64,000 nucleotides of DNA from positions 64,418,001-64,482,000 of the forward strand of contig OX597824.1 of NCBI GenBank assembly GCA_951406725.2, given 5' to 3'. Origin of the DNA: Octopus vulgaris (lineage: Eukaryota). The position numbers and the translations under genes are program-made. Below, piece by piece: positions 26,745-39,750 of the stretch (positions are counted from its first letter, which is position 1; each line of letters begins with the position of its first letter). A model generated the notes under the pieces. The model saw only the letters and a program-made list of their open reading frames with translations. It was not told the origin of the DNA and did not search any database.

Positions 26745-27213
26745 ATGTCAACTACGAATGAACCTAGAGGTTCTGAGTTCAATCCCAGGCAAGATACTAA
26801 GGTGAATCACAAGACACCTGAAGAAGGCTGGAGCATAGAACAGCCAAAACATAGTAAAAGCAACAATGAAGATGAGGTCACCAGTCTTACTAAAGTAAAT
26901 AGTGTACATAATATAATTCCTCATCTCAGAAATATAGAATTGTATTATCCAATCAATACAGAGCCAACATAAGACATCAATGGGGGTTTATAAGCCTTAA
27001 AAATTTACTCTGTCACTACCTAACTGTATAGTGTAGTGGGTAAAGGCATTGGTTAAAGTGCAGTCACTTAGAGGTCCTGAGTTCAATCTCAGGCAAGGCA
27101 CTAAGGTGAAGAAGGTTGGAGCATACGACAGCTAAACATAGTGAAAGTAACAATCAAGATGAGGAAACAGTGTACACAATATATATTCATCTCGGAAATA
27201 TAGAATTGTATTA
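26745..27213 (+). mobile_element. Tandem pair of tRNA-like-head + hammerhead-like units
   Basis: Repeated gaggt.ctgagttcaatc.caggcaag...gaagaagg.tggagcata...catctc.gaaatatagaattgtatta, about 300-bp spacing. Confidence 0.65.
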
Positions 27214-27762
27214 CAAATGAAAAGTATGTAACTATACAATATAGCTGTATCAGTAAAGTAGAACCTAAAGCTATGGGCAAAAGTGAGTTCCTGATGCAGA
27301 TATGATTGGGTTTGCAGCTATTTCATATATACACAAGAAAGATATGAAATGCCACAACAATCATTCTTCCATCAGTAAATGGTAAATGGACCAGGATTGC
27401 TTTCACCAATGAATAGTCAATCATTTGATCAACCAAACTATTTAAAAGTATGACAGAGTGTGACAAAGATGACCTCTTGAATTACTGGTATAGTCCATCT
27501 GACAAGCTTCCCATAGTTTTCATCAGCCCAATTTTACTTCCAAGACACATACTGGACATAACCACTAAAGGGAGAAAGAGATTCAAAATGGACTTGTTTA
27601 TGAATGTTTCTATTGACTAAAAATTGTTTAAAGGTGATAATGATACACAAATATATAGCATTGTCAAAGAGATTTCTTTGTCTTGGAAATAGGACACAGT
27701 TCTGTGAAACCTATCTTGGAGAGTAATTACTCACATATAAAGAGGTAATTTTGAAAACTTAC

Positions 27763-27865
27763 CAGCAATACCATAGGAGACTACTCGAGCCAATGGGGTA
27801 AGGTTGTGCTTCTTTACAGCATTCTCACTGGCCAAAATCAAACAACTGGCACCATCACAAATTCC
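27763..27865 (-). CDS. ACAA2: ACAA2 exon 8
   Basis: GICDGASCLILASENAVKKHNLTPLARVVSYGIA+G|gtaagt; 103 nt. Confidence 0.95.
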
Positions 27866-29323
27866 CTTTAGTTTTTTTTAAAGGAAAAATTATTATATAA
27901 AAAATCCAAAAATCATATGCTACTTTGAAAAAAAAAAGAACAAAATAACTGCATTCATATACTTTTAAGGGCAACACAAAAGACATATTGTTTTAAACCC
28001 ATTGATGAGTTTGAGGACATTGTTGGGTTTATAGGCACAGATATGAATGAAAAATATGTCCACTTCCCAGCTCAGTGGTTTCGGATTCAGTCATACAACA
28101 TGGCACCTAGGGCATGTGTCATCTTAGACACTTTAGCTTTTTGTATGGGACAATCAGTCTTGGGATATGATTTGGTAGGTAGAAACTGAAAGACCACCAT
28201 GTATATTTTATCACCATCATATAATGTCTATTTTGCCTGCCAGCATGCATTGCACAGTTTGACAGAGGACTACACTGGTCCCCAACGCCCATTTCTGTGT
28301 CTGGATGCCCTTCTTAACACCCACCGTATGTATGCATGGATATGTAAGTGTGTGTGTGTGTGTTAAATGCTCTCAGTTTTACCAAAGTTGTGATGTACAA
28401 GTCATGATGTTGTCATTTTTCCTGTCAACAAATCATCCAAGACATGTAAAATAAGAGATCCTTTGAAAACCAAAAAAGGGTTAATAAGAACAAGGACATA
28501 CAGCTATAAAACAATGCCTCAGCATTATATTCGTCTAACCCATGCTAACATGGAAAATCAAATGCATAAAACTGCTCTCAACTGTTTTTTAAAGAAAAGT
28601 TTTTTTTTTACTCCATGCCTTTGAAGGCTCAAAACCAACAGATGATTTTTTTTTTGACAGGAAGAATGACAACATCACTGCTTATAGCTCAACAAATTTC
28701 AAAGAAACACAAATGTGCACAGACACACACACACAGACAAAATGGTCTTCTTTCATATTTCCTCTACCATATCCACTCAAAAGGTGTTGGTAGGCCTGAG
28801 ACTAGAAAAGAAAACACTTGCCCAAGATGTGGTGCAGTGGAACTGAATCTGACATCATGTAGTTGGGAAACAAACTTCTAAACCACAGGGACATATATTT
28901 CTAAAACTAAAATCAAGTAGACCACAGTTCAATAAAGAAAGATACCGACAGTTGTGAAGAGGATGAAGGAGAAATAACAATAAGTAAAGACTGAGTATTT
29001 GCTTAAAAACAGTTGAGGGTATTATGCATGTTTTTCCATGCTAGCATGGGTTAGACAAATATGATGTTGAGGCACTGTTTTACAGTTGGATGCCCTTGTT
29101 CTTATTAACCCTTACTTGATTTTCAAGGGATCTCTTATTTCACGTCTTCAAAGGTACAAAGCAAATGGATGATTTGTTGACATGAAAAATGACAACATCA
29201 CAACTTTGATAAAAGTGAGTGCAGATGTAATCAAAGACAGGCACGCATGTGCATGTGCGCACATGCACGCACACACACACATATACACATACATATATAA
29301 TATAAATTAGAGATAAAAACCAC

Positions 29324-29361
<38 letters not shown>

Positions 29362-30363
29362 TTACATTTGGTGGATATTGAGAAGGCATCCAGCCCTTCT
29401 CTTCAGCACCAGTAGTTACTAACCCACTACGAAGTTTCTGTGAGATTAACAATGGAAAAGTATTTCCAAATCATGGATAGTGCTGCTATTTCATATACAG
29501 TGAGCCTAAACCAAATATCAAATTTGAAAAAAGGCCACATGACTGACTGGTGCAAAGTGCCTAATCAACATATTCCAACATCAGATTCACAAACATGCTG
29601 TCTCCTCTCTCTGTCTATTTTATTACTTCTTTTTCACAATTAAGCTTCTCAACATCTGCTACAAAGCCACCTTCCTCGATATTATGCTTCTTCTCTTTCA
29701 ATGGGTTTTGTCTTGTGAGTTACTTGATGACTTCACTAATGCTGGTACCATGATAAAGGAACCCAGTACACTTTATAAAGTGATTGGCATTAGGAAGGGC
29801 ATCCAGCAATAGAAACCATGCTAAAGCTGATATCGGAAACCAATGCAGCCCTTACACTAGCTGAATCTTGTTGAATCATCCAACCCATGCCAACTTTGAA
29901 TACAGATATTAAATGATGACGATGACTACAGTGGCCCTTACTCTTCATAACTGGCTAATCTTGTCTTACTTCCATTCCAGCACTGCTGACTAGCATTTTT
30001 TTCCTCTTCCCACCACCTATATTTTCTCCACCACCACCACCATGTTCTTCACTAACTATGACACCCAGTTCTTCTTCTCCAGAATGTGATTCTTCTTAAA
30101 TTTCCTCCCTACACATGGTTGTCCAGCAACTATCAATGTGAAATTGCGTAAAAACTATGGTAACAGCTTGGATTTCACTGATTTTGGAGGATTTGTGAAG
30201 GCCTTGGGCTGCAGAATCCATTCCTGCAGACCCTAATAAATATTTTAAAATAAAGCAATTTAAACAAGAAAAACCTAACTGAAACCAGGGTTACAAAATG
30301 TCGTACTAATACTTTGGCAAAAATGTCCCTACAATTTATAAGTAAAGAGTAATTAATAATTAC

Positions 30364-30476
30364 TGAAGCATTTCCTGCAGTAACAACACCATTTTTCTTA
30401 AAAACAGGTGGTAGTTTGGCCAAAGATTCCTTGGTAGTAGGTCTTGGATGTTCATCAACTTCAAAAGTTTCAGCAC
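30364..30476 (-). CDS. ACAA2: ACAA2 exon 7
   Basis: (G)[37 protein letters not shown]|gtaatt; 113 nt. Confidence 0.97.
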
Positions 30477-31756
30477 CTGTAATAAGAGAATTAAAACAAA
30501 ACATCAGCTCTGAAGCATCTTACTGCATCAAAGGTGATAATAAAATAGTTGTTAGCCTATTGTCTAAAAATACTTATTGCCTAATGTTTATAATGAAGTA
30601 CAAGATAAACTTGGCATGAAAGCATTTGAGAGATGGTCATGGTTAGGTTGGCTTTGATCCTATAAATCTGCTCAGTCAGCATCAAGTAGAGGCTAAACAA
30701 CCACAACAATGACTATATTATCACTGCTGGATAGTGATGGTCATGTGGATGTGCAGAGTTATATGCTCATCCACATGGAGTAGAGAGAGCTGGCATAATG
30801 ATTGCATAAGGTAATATTAAGGTTTAAACATGCCACTTACTGCATTCTAAGGTGAATAAATATTCCAACACCTAACCACCACAGCCACTGAGCTTCATTT
30901 CAGCTATTTAAGATTTGTTCATAAACTAGTTGCTTTTTTTACATTTGGCTCAGTCAAAGGAAGAAGGGTGGTATTTGTACTTTTTCATAGGGTTTCTAAG
31001 AACTGACAAAAGGAAGAGATGAACCCTCAAATAACAAACAGGACCCAAATGCTTGCAACATAGTGGTTCCACTAAATGCACACGAGGTCCAAGTGGTGGT
31101 GTTAAAGTCAGCAATAGATTAACACCCAAAGAACAATTACAATTCATCTGACAGGCTTCCATTTACCAAATTTCACTCACAAGGTTTGCATTGACCAGAA
31201 CCAACAATATACCATATACGGTACTTACCTATAATACTGAAAAAGGAGACAACTCAGAATTACACGACTACAAAGGGAACTACTTAACCACAAAATATAT
31301 AAATATCAATGTTGTCTTTTGTACAACACATGTTGTTTGTATTAAAAACACTAACACCTCATTACTACCAACTTTATCTCACTTTTCAGATACTATCAAT
31401 ACATGCAAGGTAGCCATGTATCTCCTCTACAGCAAAACACTTATGCATATTCTTCTATAATTCTTTAGCTTCTCAACACCTGGCACAAAAATTAAAATTC
31501 TGCCCTCCCTCCATCTACCTGAGTCCCACTCACTTGGGGTTTATTTTCTTGCAAGTTACTTGGCAACCTCACTAGTGTTGATGACAACTAAAAAGCACCC
31601 GGTTCACTCTGTAATGTGGCCAAAGTAGATATTGGAGCTAAACTGAGTCCTCTAACCTATCAGACCCTGTTGAACAGTACAGGGAAAACAAATGTTAAAT
31701 GCATTTCTTTTTGTCACATATCACATGCACCTTCCCAGATATATATATTTTTGTGG

Positions 31757-32081
31757 CACTCTGTCGGTTATGATGATGAGTGTTCCAGCTGATCCAATCA
31801 ACAGAACAGCCTGCTCATGAAATTAATTAATGTGCAAGTGGCTGAGCACTCTACAGACATGCGTACGCTTGACGTAGTTCTCAGGGAGATTCAGTGAGAC
31901 ACAGAATGTGACAAGGCCGGCCCTTTGAAATACAGGTACTACTCATTTTTGCCAGCTGAGTGGACTGAAGCAATGTGAAATAAAGTTTCTTGATCAAGGA
32001 CAACATGCCGCTGGTAATCAAATTACCAACATTACAATTGAGAGCCAAATACCCATAACCATTAAGCCGCATGCCTTCACT
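31757..32081 (-). mobile_element. SINE family C
   Basis: Head gtgaaggcatgcggcttaatggtt; tail shared with 34600-34915 and 38984-39369. Confidence 0.8.
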
Positions 32082-33113
32082 ACATATCATTATCATCATC
32101 ATCATTTAATGCCAATTTTCTATGCTGTCTAGACCCTAATTGTCTGTTTTGGCTTGGTTAATAGGGCTGGATGCTCTTCCTAACACCAACCACTTTATAG
32201 ACTGTGCCAGATGCTTTTTACATGCTACTGGCACATAAAATATTTATATATTTATACACACACGACATACCATCATGTAAACTGCCCTCAAATTGATAAA
32301 ATGGAAATTGATCCCTATTTAGTTATAAAATTTGTTACTACACCAGCACCCCCACCACCACCATCACTACACAATGACAGATTTCCCTTCACAATGATCT
32401 ACTTCAAAACATATCACTTGTCTGCCTAGAATGATAAGTAAAATTTGCAAAACAAGATTAGTTTATGTGACATGGATAACAAAAGGTGAAATATTAGAAC
32501 ACTTCACGTGACACATTAACTTATCTAGTTTTATTAACTGATTACTACTACTGGCATGAGTTGTCATTTCTTTCCCTGAACTTTACTGCTTTAGCATAGA
32601 CTGCTCTAAAGTTCTAGTTAATAACAATTAATGTAATGAATTCAAGGTTCATTAAACAAATAATTATGAGGAAAGAAAAAGAGTAAACAAGATTTCAGTC
32701 AATGGTGAATATTTTCATTTCTCTGGTCAAGCAAAGGAAGACAATACAGGACATGTTTCAACCATTTAATTGCCTCATCAGTGAAACATACACTTCACCA
32801 TATTTCTGAAGTACCAATGAAAAAAAAAACATTAAATAAATGTACAATACTGTCTGTTACAACTGTACAATATTATACATTTATTATTGTCGTCATAAGA
32901 AAATATAACCGTTTAGTGACTAAATAATTACAAAAAGCCATCATGATGAAAAACAATAGCTTGCGCCAACATATTTAATGTAGGGAGCATCAAAAAGCTA
33001 AATAGAAATAATTACAAAGTGAGGAGAATATACAATTAATAATTAAGAGTTTAACCCGTTAGAAAAATTAAACAAAAGAAAAAACGTGAAAGCAAATTGT
33101 AAAAATTAATCAC

Positions 33114-33173
33114 CTTTTTTGCCTTTTACAGTTAAAGGAGCAATTTCTGCCTTGAAATGTCCACCATCTTGAG
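33114..33173 (-). CDS. ACAA2: ACAA2 exon 6
   Basis: ttccag|(A)QDGGHFKAEIAPLTVKGKK+G|gtgatt; 60 nt, phase 1-1. Confidence 0.93.
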
Positions 33174-33906
33174 CTGGAAAACAAAACAATTTGTTGAAGA
33201 AAAATTAATTTGGTTGTTTCAGACACACAATCATCATTATCATCATCATAATCATCATGATTACCACTTTTACATGCCTGCATGAGGCAGACAGAGTTCA
33301 TTGAGGTACATTTCCAGATGCTCTTCCTGTTGCCAACCTTGTTTCCATGCAAAGTGATATTTCCCTATGACCAAACATGTTTTTGCAGAATATTGAAAAT
33401 GAATGACACCGCTTGTACAACAGTGAAACTCTTTTACAGTTCTCACATGATATCAATGAGATACAAACATACGTACATTCACCCACACATACATCTATAT
33501 ATACATATATGATGGTCTTCTTTCAGGCTCCATCCACCAGATTCCAAATTCACTCACAAGGCTCTGGTCAACCCAAGGCTATAGTAGGAGAAACTTGCCC
33601 AAGCAGTGAGATGGAACTCAAAACCATATAGGTGGGAAAGAAATTGTCAACCACCTAGCCACACATGTACCTATATACATATCCATGTATTCAGACTAGG
33701 TGTTGTATTGTGTTCTTGAGCAAAGCACTTCATTTCATGCTGTTCTGTGATCATTTCATCATCTCTCATGTGGCACATGGTGCACCTGTACAGGTAATGT
33801 CGATTTGATGGAGGGAGTGAACTTATGTGAACACAAACATTTGATCACTATAAACAAATCATCTGTGAGGTTATTTGGCAAGAAATTGCAGAATCCTCAT
33901 ACACTG

Positions 33907-34577
33907 TCGGGTATCTTGGTGGATTCTTCCTTTTCGCCTTCGGCCCAGTGCGTCCATGCTGCCAATAAAGCACACGGAGTTCTGTTTTTGATTCGACAGT
34001 CATTCGGAATGCTTACAGCAGCTATATTCCTACCGCTCTATGTCACGTTGGTGAGACCCATATTGGAGTACGGGATTCAAGCCTCTTCTCCTTATCTCCT
34101 CAAAGACATACAACATCTCAAAAGAGTCCAGAAGCTGGCTACCCGCATAGTTCTTGGTCTCAAGCATTTGTCTTATGAAGAAAGGCTAAAGACGCTCGAC
34201 CTTTATTCTCTAGAAAAACGACGATGCCATGGTGATCTCATTCTTGCCCACAACAACATAAGCGGAAAGTGTAACCTCTCGAAAGAGCTGTTCTTCACTC
34301 CTGCTCCAGAGCGTCGGCTGTGGGGTCACTCCGAAAAGCTCTATCTGCGACAATTTCATCTCACTCGAAGGAGAGGGGCTTTCTCCATCTGGGTTGTGGA
34401 TCCGTGGAATAAGCTGCCGGACAAGATAGTGAAGATGCCGACGACCGCTCGGTTCAAAGTCTCCCTAGCCCACAAGTGGCCTGAACTCTTTACATGAACA
34501 CCACCCTGTACACAACTCCATGTCCCCCTACATGGCCTTGCTTTTTGCTTTTTGAGCCAAAAAATTAACTAACTAAC
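33907..34577 (+). mobile_element. CR1-type LINE 3' fragment
   Basis: LYVTLVRPILEYG..SPY, LKRVQKLATR, LSYEERLKTLDLYSLEKRR, WNKLP; (TAAC)n tail. Confidence 0.88.
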
Positions 34578-34599
34578 ATACACACACACACACACACAC

Positions 34600-35520
34600 A
34601 GGGAGAGAGCATGGCTTAGTGCCAAGATATTTGGCTCACAATAATAAGGTCAGGAGTTTGATTCCTGGCAGCACGTTCTGTCCTTGAGCAAAACACTTTG
34701 TTTCTCGCTGCTCTAGTCCACTCAGCTAGCAAAAGTGAGTTGTAACTGTAATTCAAAGAGTCGACCTTGTCACACTCTGTGTCACGCTCAATCTCTCTGA
34801 GAATTACATTATGGGTACGAGTGTCTGTGTAGTGCTCACTCACTTACACATCAATTTCATGAATAGGCTGTTCCATTGATCAGGTCAAGTGGAACACTTG
34901 TCATGCTAACTGATGGAGAGCCAGGCAATACATATATTTACAGACATTTATTATATATATACATATATGTACACACAAGCACACTCACACCTATTTTTAT
35001 ATATATGTAAGTATGTGTGTGTGTGTGTGAAGGCATGTAGTTTAGTTGTTAGGGTAATCAGCTCACAATCGTCAGGTCATGAGTTCAATTCCTGGTGGTA
35101 TGTTTTGTCCTTGAGCAAGGCACTTTATTTCACATTGCTCCAGTCCATTCAGCTGGCAAAAATGAGTTGTACATGTAATTCAAAGGGACAGCCTTGTCAC
35201 ATTGTGTCACACTGAATCTCACTGAGAACTACGTTAAGATAAACAAAATACTGCAAAGCATTTTGCCCGGTTTGCTAATGATTCTGCCAGCTCACTAGCT
35301 TAATAATGATGATAATGATTTTAGCACAAAGCCAGCAATTTCAGGGAGGGGTTCAGTCAACTGCATTGACCCCAGTACTCAACTGGTACTTATTTTATCA
35401 ACCCCAAAGGGATGAAAGACAAAGTCAACCTCGGTGGAATTTGAACTCAGAACACAAAGACATGAAATACCACTAAGCATTTTGCTCAGCATGCTAACAA
35501 TTCTGCCAGCTTGCCACCTT
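34600..35520. mobile_element. Cluster of SINE-C (+; 34600-34915, 35027-35240) and SINE-A (-; 35235-35520) copies
   Basis: Family core motifs as described above. Confidence 0.75.
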
Positions 35521-36064
35521 AATAATAAGTAAATGGGATTAATAAATCGAGTTAGATGTCTCTAAAGCATTCAGTGTTAAATGAGTTTCGTTATAATTGC
35601 TTCTCCTATAATCTAATATACATAATTTTGCTAAAAATCTTTTGTCAGCATATTTAAGACATAGATAACTAATTATTATGATATAGAATTTCTAAGTTTC
35701 TAATTGTTGTGATGTAGAACCCTTATGGTTATTTTTTATTTTTCGTTATCTACTGACATCATTAAAATTTAAATACTAAACTGGTTTTTCATAGAATATT
35801 ATATTTCTTCTTCATTCTTTTTTGTGTGAGAGATACTTGTATTAGAGATATTTTCTTCATTCACTTAGAATTTAGTGAATTCTGGATTGCCTTCATAATG
35901 CTGTGTTAGCATATATTTTTGAATATATCAGTTTGACTGGTATTTTATGTAATTTTCTGTATCAAAATATGCTGGCACAACAGAAATGATCATCAGTAAT
36001 GTATAATGTAATGACCAATAAAAGATGTGATTTTCTCCATTCTTATTCTTGTTTTACATCCATG

Positions 36065-36136
<72 letters not shown>

Positions 36137-36290
36137 TAAATTAGAGATAAAACCACTACTAGGCAAATCAAACAGTGAAAATCATAAGCCAATACATAGA
36201 AATAAAATTAATTAAAAAATATATAAAAAATATAAAATATAAAAATCCAATTAAAATATTAAAATTAATAATTTAAACTTATAAATTATA

Positions 36291-37022
36291 ATGTATATTG
36301 TTGTTATAGATATCACTGATATTTTCACTCTCTGTATAGGTAACTCGGATAAAATACATTCAGATAAAAATACTAGCAATAATAGTAACAGTACCAATAA
36401 TGTAAATAATCATGGTAGGACTTTAGACCTAAAGGATGGAGCAGAAGGATCAATAAATAATAACAATGCTTTAGATAACAGCACCAACTATAAAAATAAT
36501 AATAATAATAAAGATAATTATACTCATGATAATCAAAATAACAGGAACATAAGACATCTATCCATGAATAATCCAACATCTGAAGTTGTTCCTCCTGCGT
36601 GTAAGTGTAGAATTAAGTCAAAATGCCCGGCACCTGGTCTATGCGGGGTAAATAACGTAATCTATAAATGTACCATATCTACTGAGAATAACAAATTTTT
36701 TTACATTGGTTGTACGGTAAATTTTAAGGATAGAATTAGAAACCACATCACATCTTTTAAATTACGTCATAAAGCTGGTACCACCACACTTTCAAATAAG
36801 ATCTGGGAACTCAAAAATAATAATAGGAATTATAACCTTAAGTGGGAAATAGTTAGAAGAGCAATGCCGTATAAAAATAACAGGGTAGGTTGCCAACTCT
36901 GCTCCATGGAGACGTTTGAAATTCTAAAGCATAGGAAAAATAAGGGTTTGTTAAATAACCATATTGAATTAGGTCAAGTTTGTGTCCACGCAAAATTGAA
37001 GACTCTAAAATATTTTAAATGA
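36291..37022 (+). mobile_element. Penelope-like (Naiad-type) GIY-YIG endonuclease ORF, no RT
   Basis: CKCRIKSKCP (CxCx5C), VIY...YIG, FKDRIRNH, TTLSNKIWELK, LKWEIV, CQLCSME, LLN, C.H. Confidence 0.88.
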
Positions 37023-37999
37023 ATAACCGTATAGAATAATCGTAACAAGATAGATAGATAGATATAACTTGTTCTTTACTAGTACAGCATAACTTTAATT
37101 TTTTAAGTAGATAACTGCGAGCTCTCACACTACAGTTATCTCTTTCTTTATAACTGCACCTGATTTTGAGCACAAGGAAACAAATAGTACTTGTACGTTG
37201 CTTAAATGAAGTTTTATTTAATTTTAAATTTAATTTTTAATTTTTAATTTTTAATTTAATCTAATTTAGGTAACACAACTTTAATAAAATAAGTTACTAA
37301 GGCTTCATAATTCTATTACAAAATTAAATAAGTAATGCTACTCCCTTGAAAGTAATATGAGAAATTTCTATATAATAGGCAATTCCCTCACACCTTGTAA
37401 ACTAACTTCTAAGTATTGACCTGTAGTCTGTCAATGTATAGATAGTAACGGCAACATTTTAAGACAGTAACAGTAATAAATAAATAAATAAATTTAAATG
37501 ACCTCTTGTTAGGATTGTACTTATTTTTTTCTCTTAATATTTTTTTCTCTTAATGTATTTCCTTTTGATGATAGCCTTTGACCCCTCTATCCCTGACCTT
37601 GTTATCTCTTTAGATTCTCATATCTACTTTCAGCTACGTCAGGTTGGCAATTAAATAGCTGTTTACTGGTCAAAAATAATATTCTCCTTATAGTTCTTAG
37701 ATTCCTGCAAATTCGAAGCCAGCCAGGCCGTCTACAAATTCTTCTGTGTAGTGGGTCACCTGCGACCCCTTTTCCCTCTCAGTTGTCACAGTATACTCTA
37801 TGTGGGCGTTTTTTTCTTTTCTTCCTTCTTCCCCTTTTTTCATTTTCTTTTTCTTTTCTTCTCCCCTTTTTTTCTTCTTTCTTTTCCTTTTTCTTTTTTC
37901 TTTTTCTTTTCTTTTTTTCCTTTTCCTTGTCTCTTTTCTTCTCTTTCCCTTCTTTTCTTTTCTTTGCTCCACAAAAATTCCTTCAGCCTTTAGAAGTCA

Positions 38000-38480
38000 T
38001 AACATAGCAGTCTTGTGAAGAGAACAGTAATGTGACAAATACCTTATCATATAGCATGAAATTATTACCCACCTCATTGTGGATTAACCATGGATAAATT
38101 CATCGTCTGTGAGTATGAAATTCCTCCTCATATCTCTGGAATTTTACATCTACACTACAGATTAATTCACCTTATCTGTGAAGCTAATAAGCTTTTTTTT
38201 TAAAAAAAACCTGTGATAAGACTGTGCATCATCATTAAAGAACTTCGGAAGTCTGTTTACAACCTAAATCTGCTTTTAATGAAATTATCTCCAATACTTC
38301 ATGAGTGTAGCCTCACCCACTAAGATGTCTAAAGAACTCATATGTGTTTTAGCTGATGAGTACAGGACACTTTTATCTGCTGCAATATTTGCAACTTTTA
38401 ATAAAGCCTGTCTTTGTATGAAACAATTGTACTAAAAACTAATCCATTCTCGTTGCTTCTTTCTCGTTTATAATCACCCC
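38000..38480 (-). mobile_element. Possible decayed hAT transposase remnant
   Basis: Translates EWISF*YNCFIQRQAL, resembling the hAT HCFIHRxAL motif; otherwise degenerate. Confidence 0.3.
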
Positions 38481-38613
38481 ACATTACTGTATGGTTAACA
38501 CCATATAGTTTTCTGGTGCATCTAAGTTAAGTACCGCATTCAAGTAAATTCATTAGAATTGACTTGAATCTTAATTGCTTTTATTGTATATATATGAATA
38601 TATATACATGCAG

Positions 38614-38660
<47 letters not shown>

Positions 38661-38869
38661 AAACGTTAGAACCTTTTAAATGTCATTGAGTAACTTCAGT
38701 TTCATAGTTATGAAGTAAATCAGAGTTAATTATTCTTTATTCCCCTGCAAAGGATGTCAGTCTATCATATGTGACATTAGTAAATGGTCTGTATTTAATA
38801 CTATTGACAGCTCTGGTGGACTGTGACAATGAATAATAAAATATTGTGCCAAAAAACAATGAAACTTAT

Positions 38870-39750
38870 TGAGCTGTTCACTAGATAGAGTACAATCTGT
38901 GCACATTCACTAGATAAACTCCAGTCTGACCATGTTCACTAGATAGACCATCATCCAAACATGTTCACTACAGAGACTCATCTGGATGGAAGCACTCCGT
39001 CAGTTACGACGACGAGGGTTCCGGTTGATCCAAATCAACGGAACAGCCTGCTCATGAAGTTAATGTGTAAGTGGCTGAGCACTCCACAGACACATGTACC
39101 CTTAACGTAGTTCTCGGGGATATTCAGCGTGACACAGAGAGTGACAAGGCCAGCCCTTTGAAATACAGGTACAACAGAAACAGGAAGTAAGAGTGAGAGA
39201 AAGTTGTGGTGAAAGAGTACAGCAGGGATCACCACCATCCCCTGCCGGAGCCGCGTGGAGCTTTAGGTGTTTTCGCTCAATAAACACTCACAACGCCCGG
39301 TCTGGGAATCGAAACTGCGATCCTATGACCGCAAGTCCGCTGCCCTAACCACTGGGCCATTGCACCTCCACAGAGACTCATCTACACATATAGTCACTAA
39401 ACAGACCACTGTTCACACATGTTCACTGGACAGATCACCATCCACACATGTTCAGTAGATAGACCTCTGTCCCCACATGTTTACCAGACAGGCCACTGTC
39501 CACACATGTTCACCAGACAGGCCACTGTCCACACATGTTCACCAGACAGGCCACATGTTTACCAGACAGATCACCATCTGCACATATTCACTAGAAAGAC
39601 CATAGTCTGCACATGTACCAAATGCAGTCTATCTAGGGAACATGTTCATTAGCGGGACCACAAACTGTACATGTCCACAAGCTAGACAACATTCAGTAAT
39701 GTTCACTAGATACACCACAATCACTACAGTTTGACTAGATAAACTACCAT
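38870..39750. repeat. Degenerate ~29-bp minisatellite interrupted by a SINE
   Basis: Unit cacatgttcaccagacaggccactgtcca and variants on both sides of the SINE. Confidence 0.85.
38984..39369 (-). mobile_element. Full-length young tRNA-derived SINE with 14-bp TSD
   Basis: Head ggaggtgcaatggcccagtggttaggg...gtttcgattccc; TSD acagagactcatct at 38970-38983 and 39370-39383. Confidence 0.92.

Noticed and set aside
37697-38018. Lys/Arg-rich and Phe-rich ORFs
   Set aside because: Artefacts of the polypyrimidine tract
39290-39369. tRNA gene
   Set aside because: A tRNA-like head without a proper acceptor stem, continuous with a SINE body and TSD
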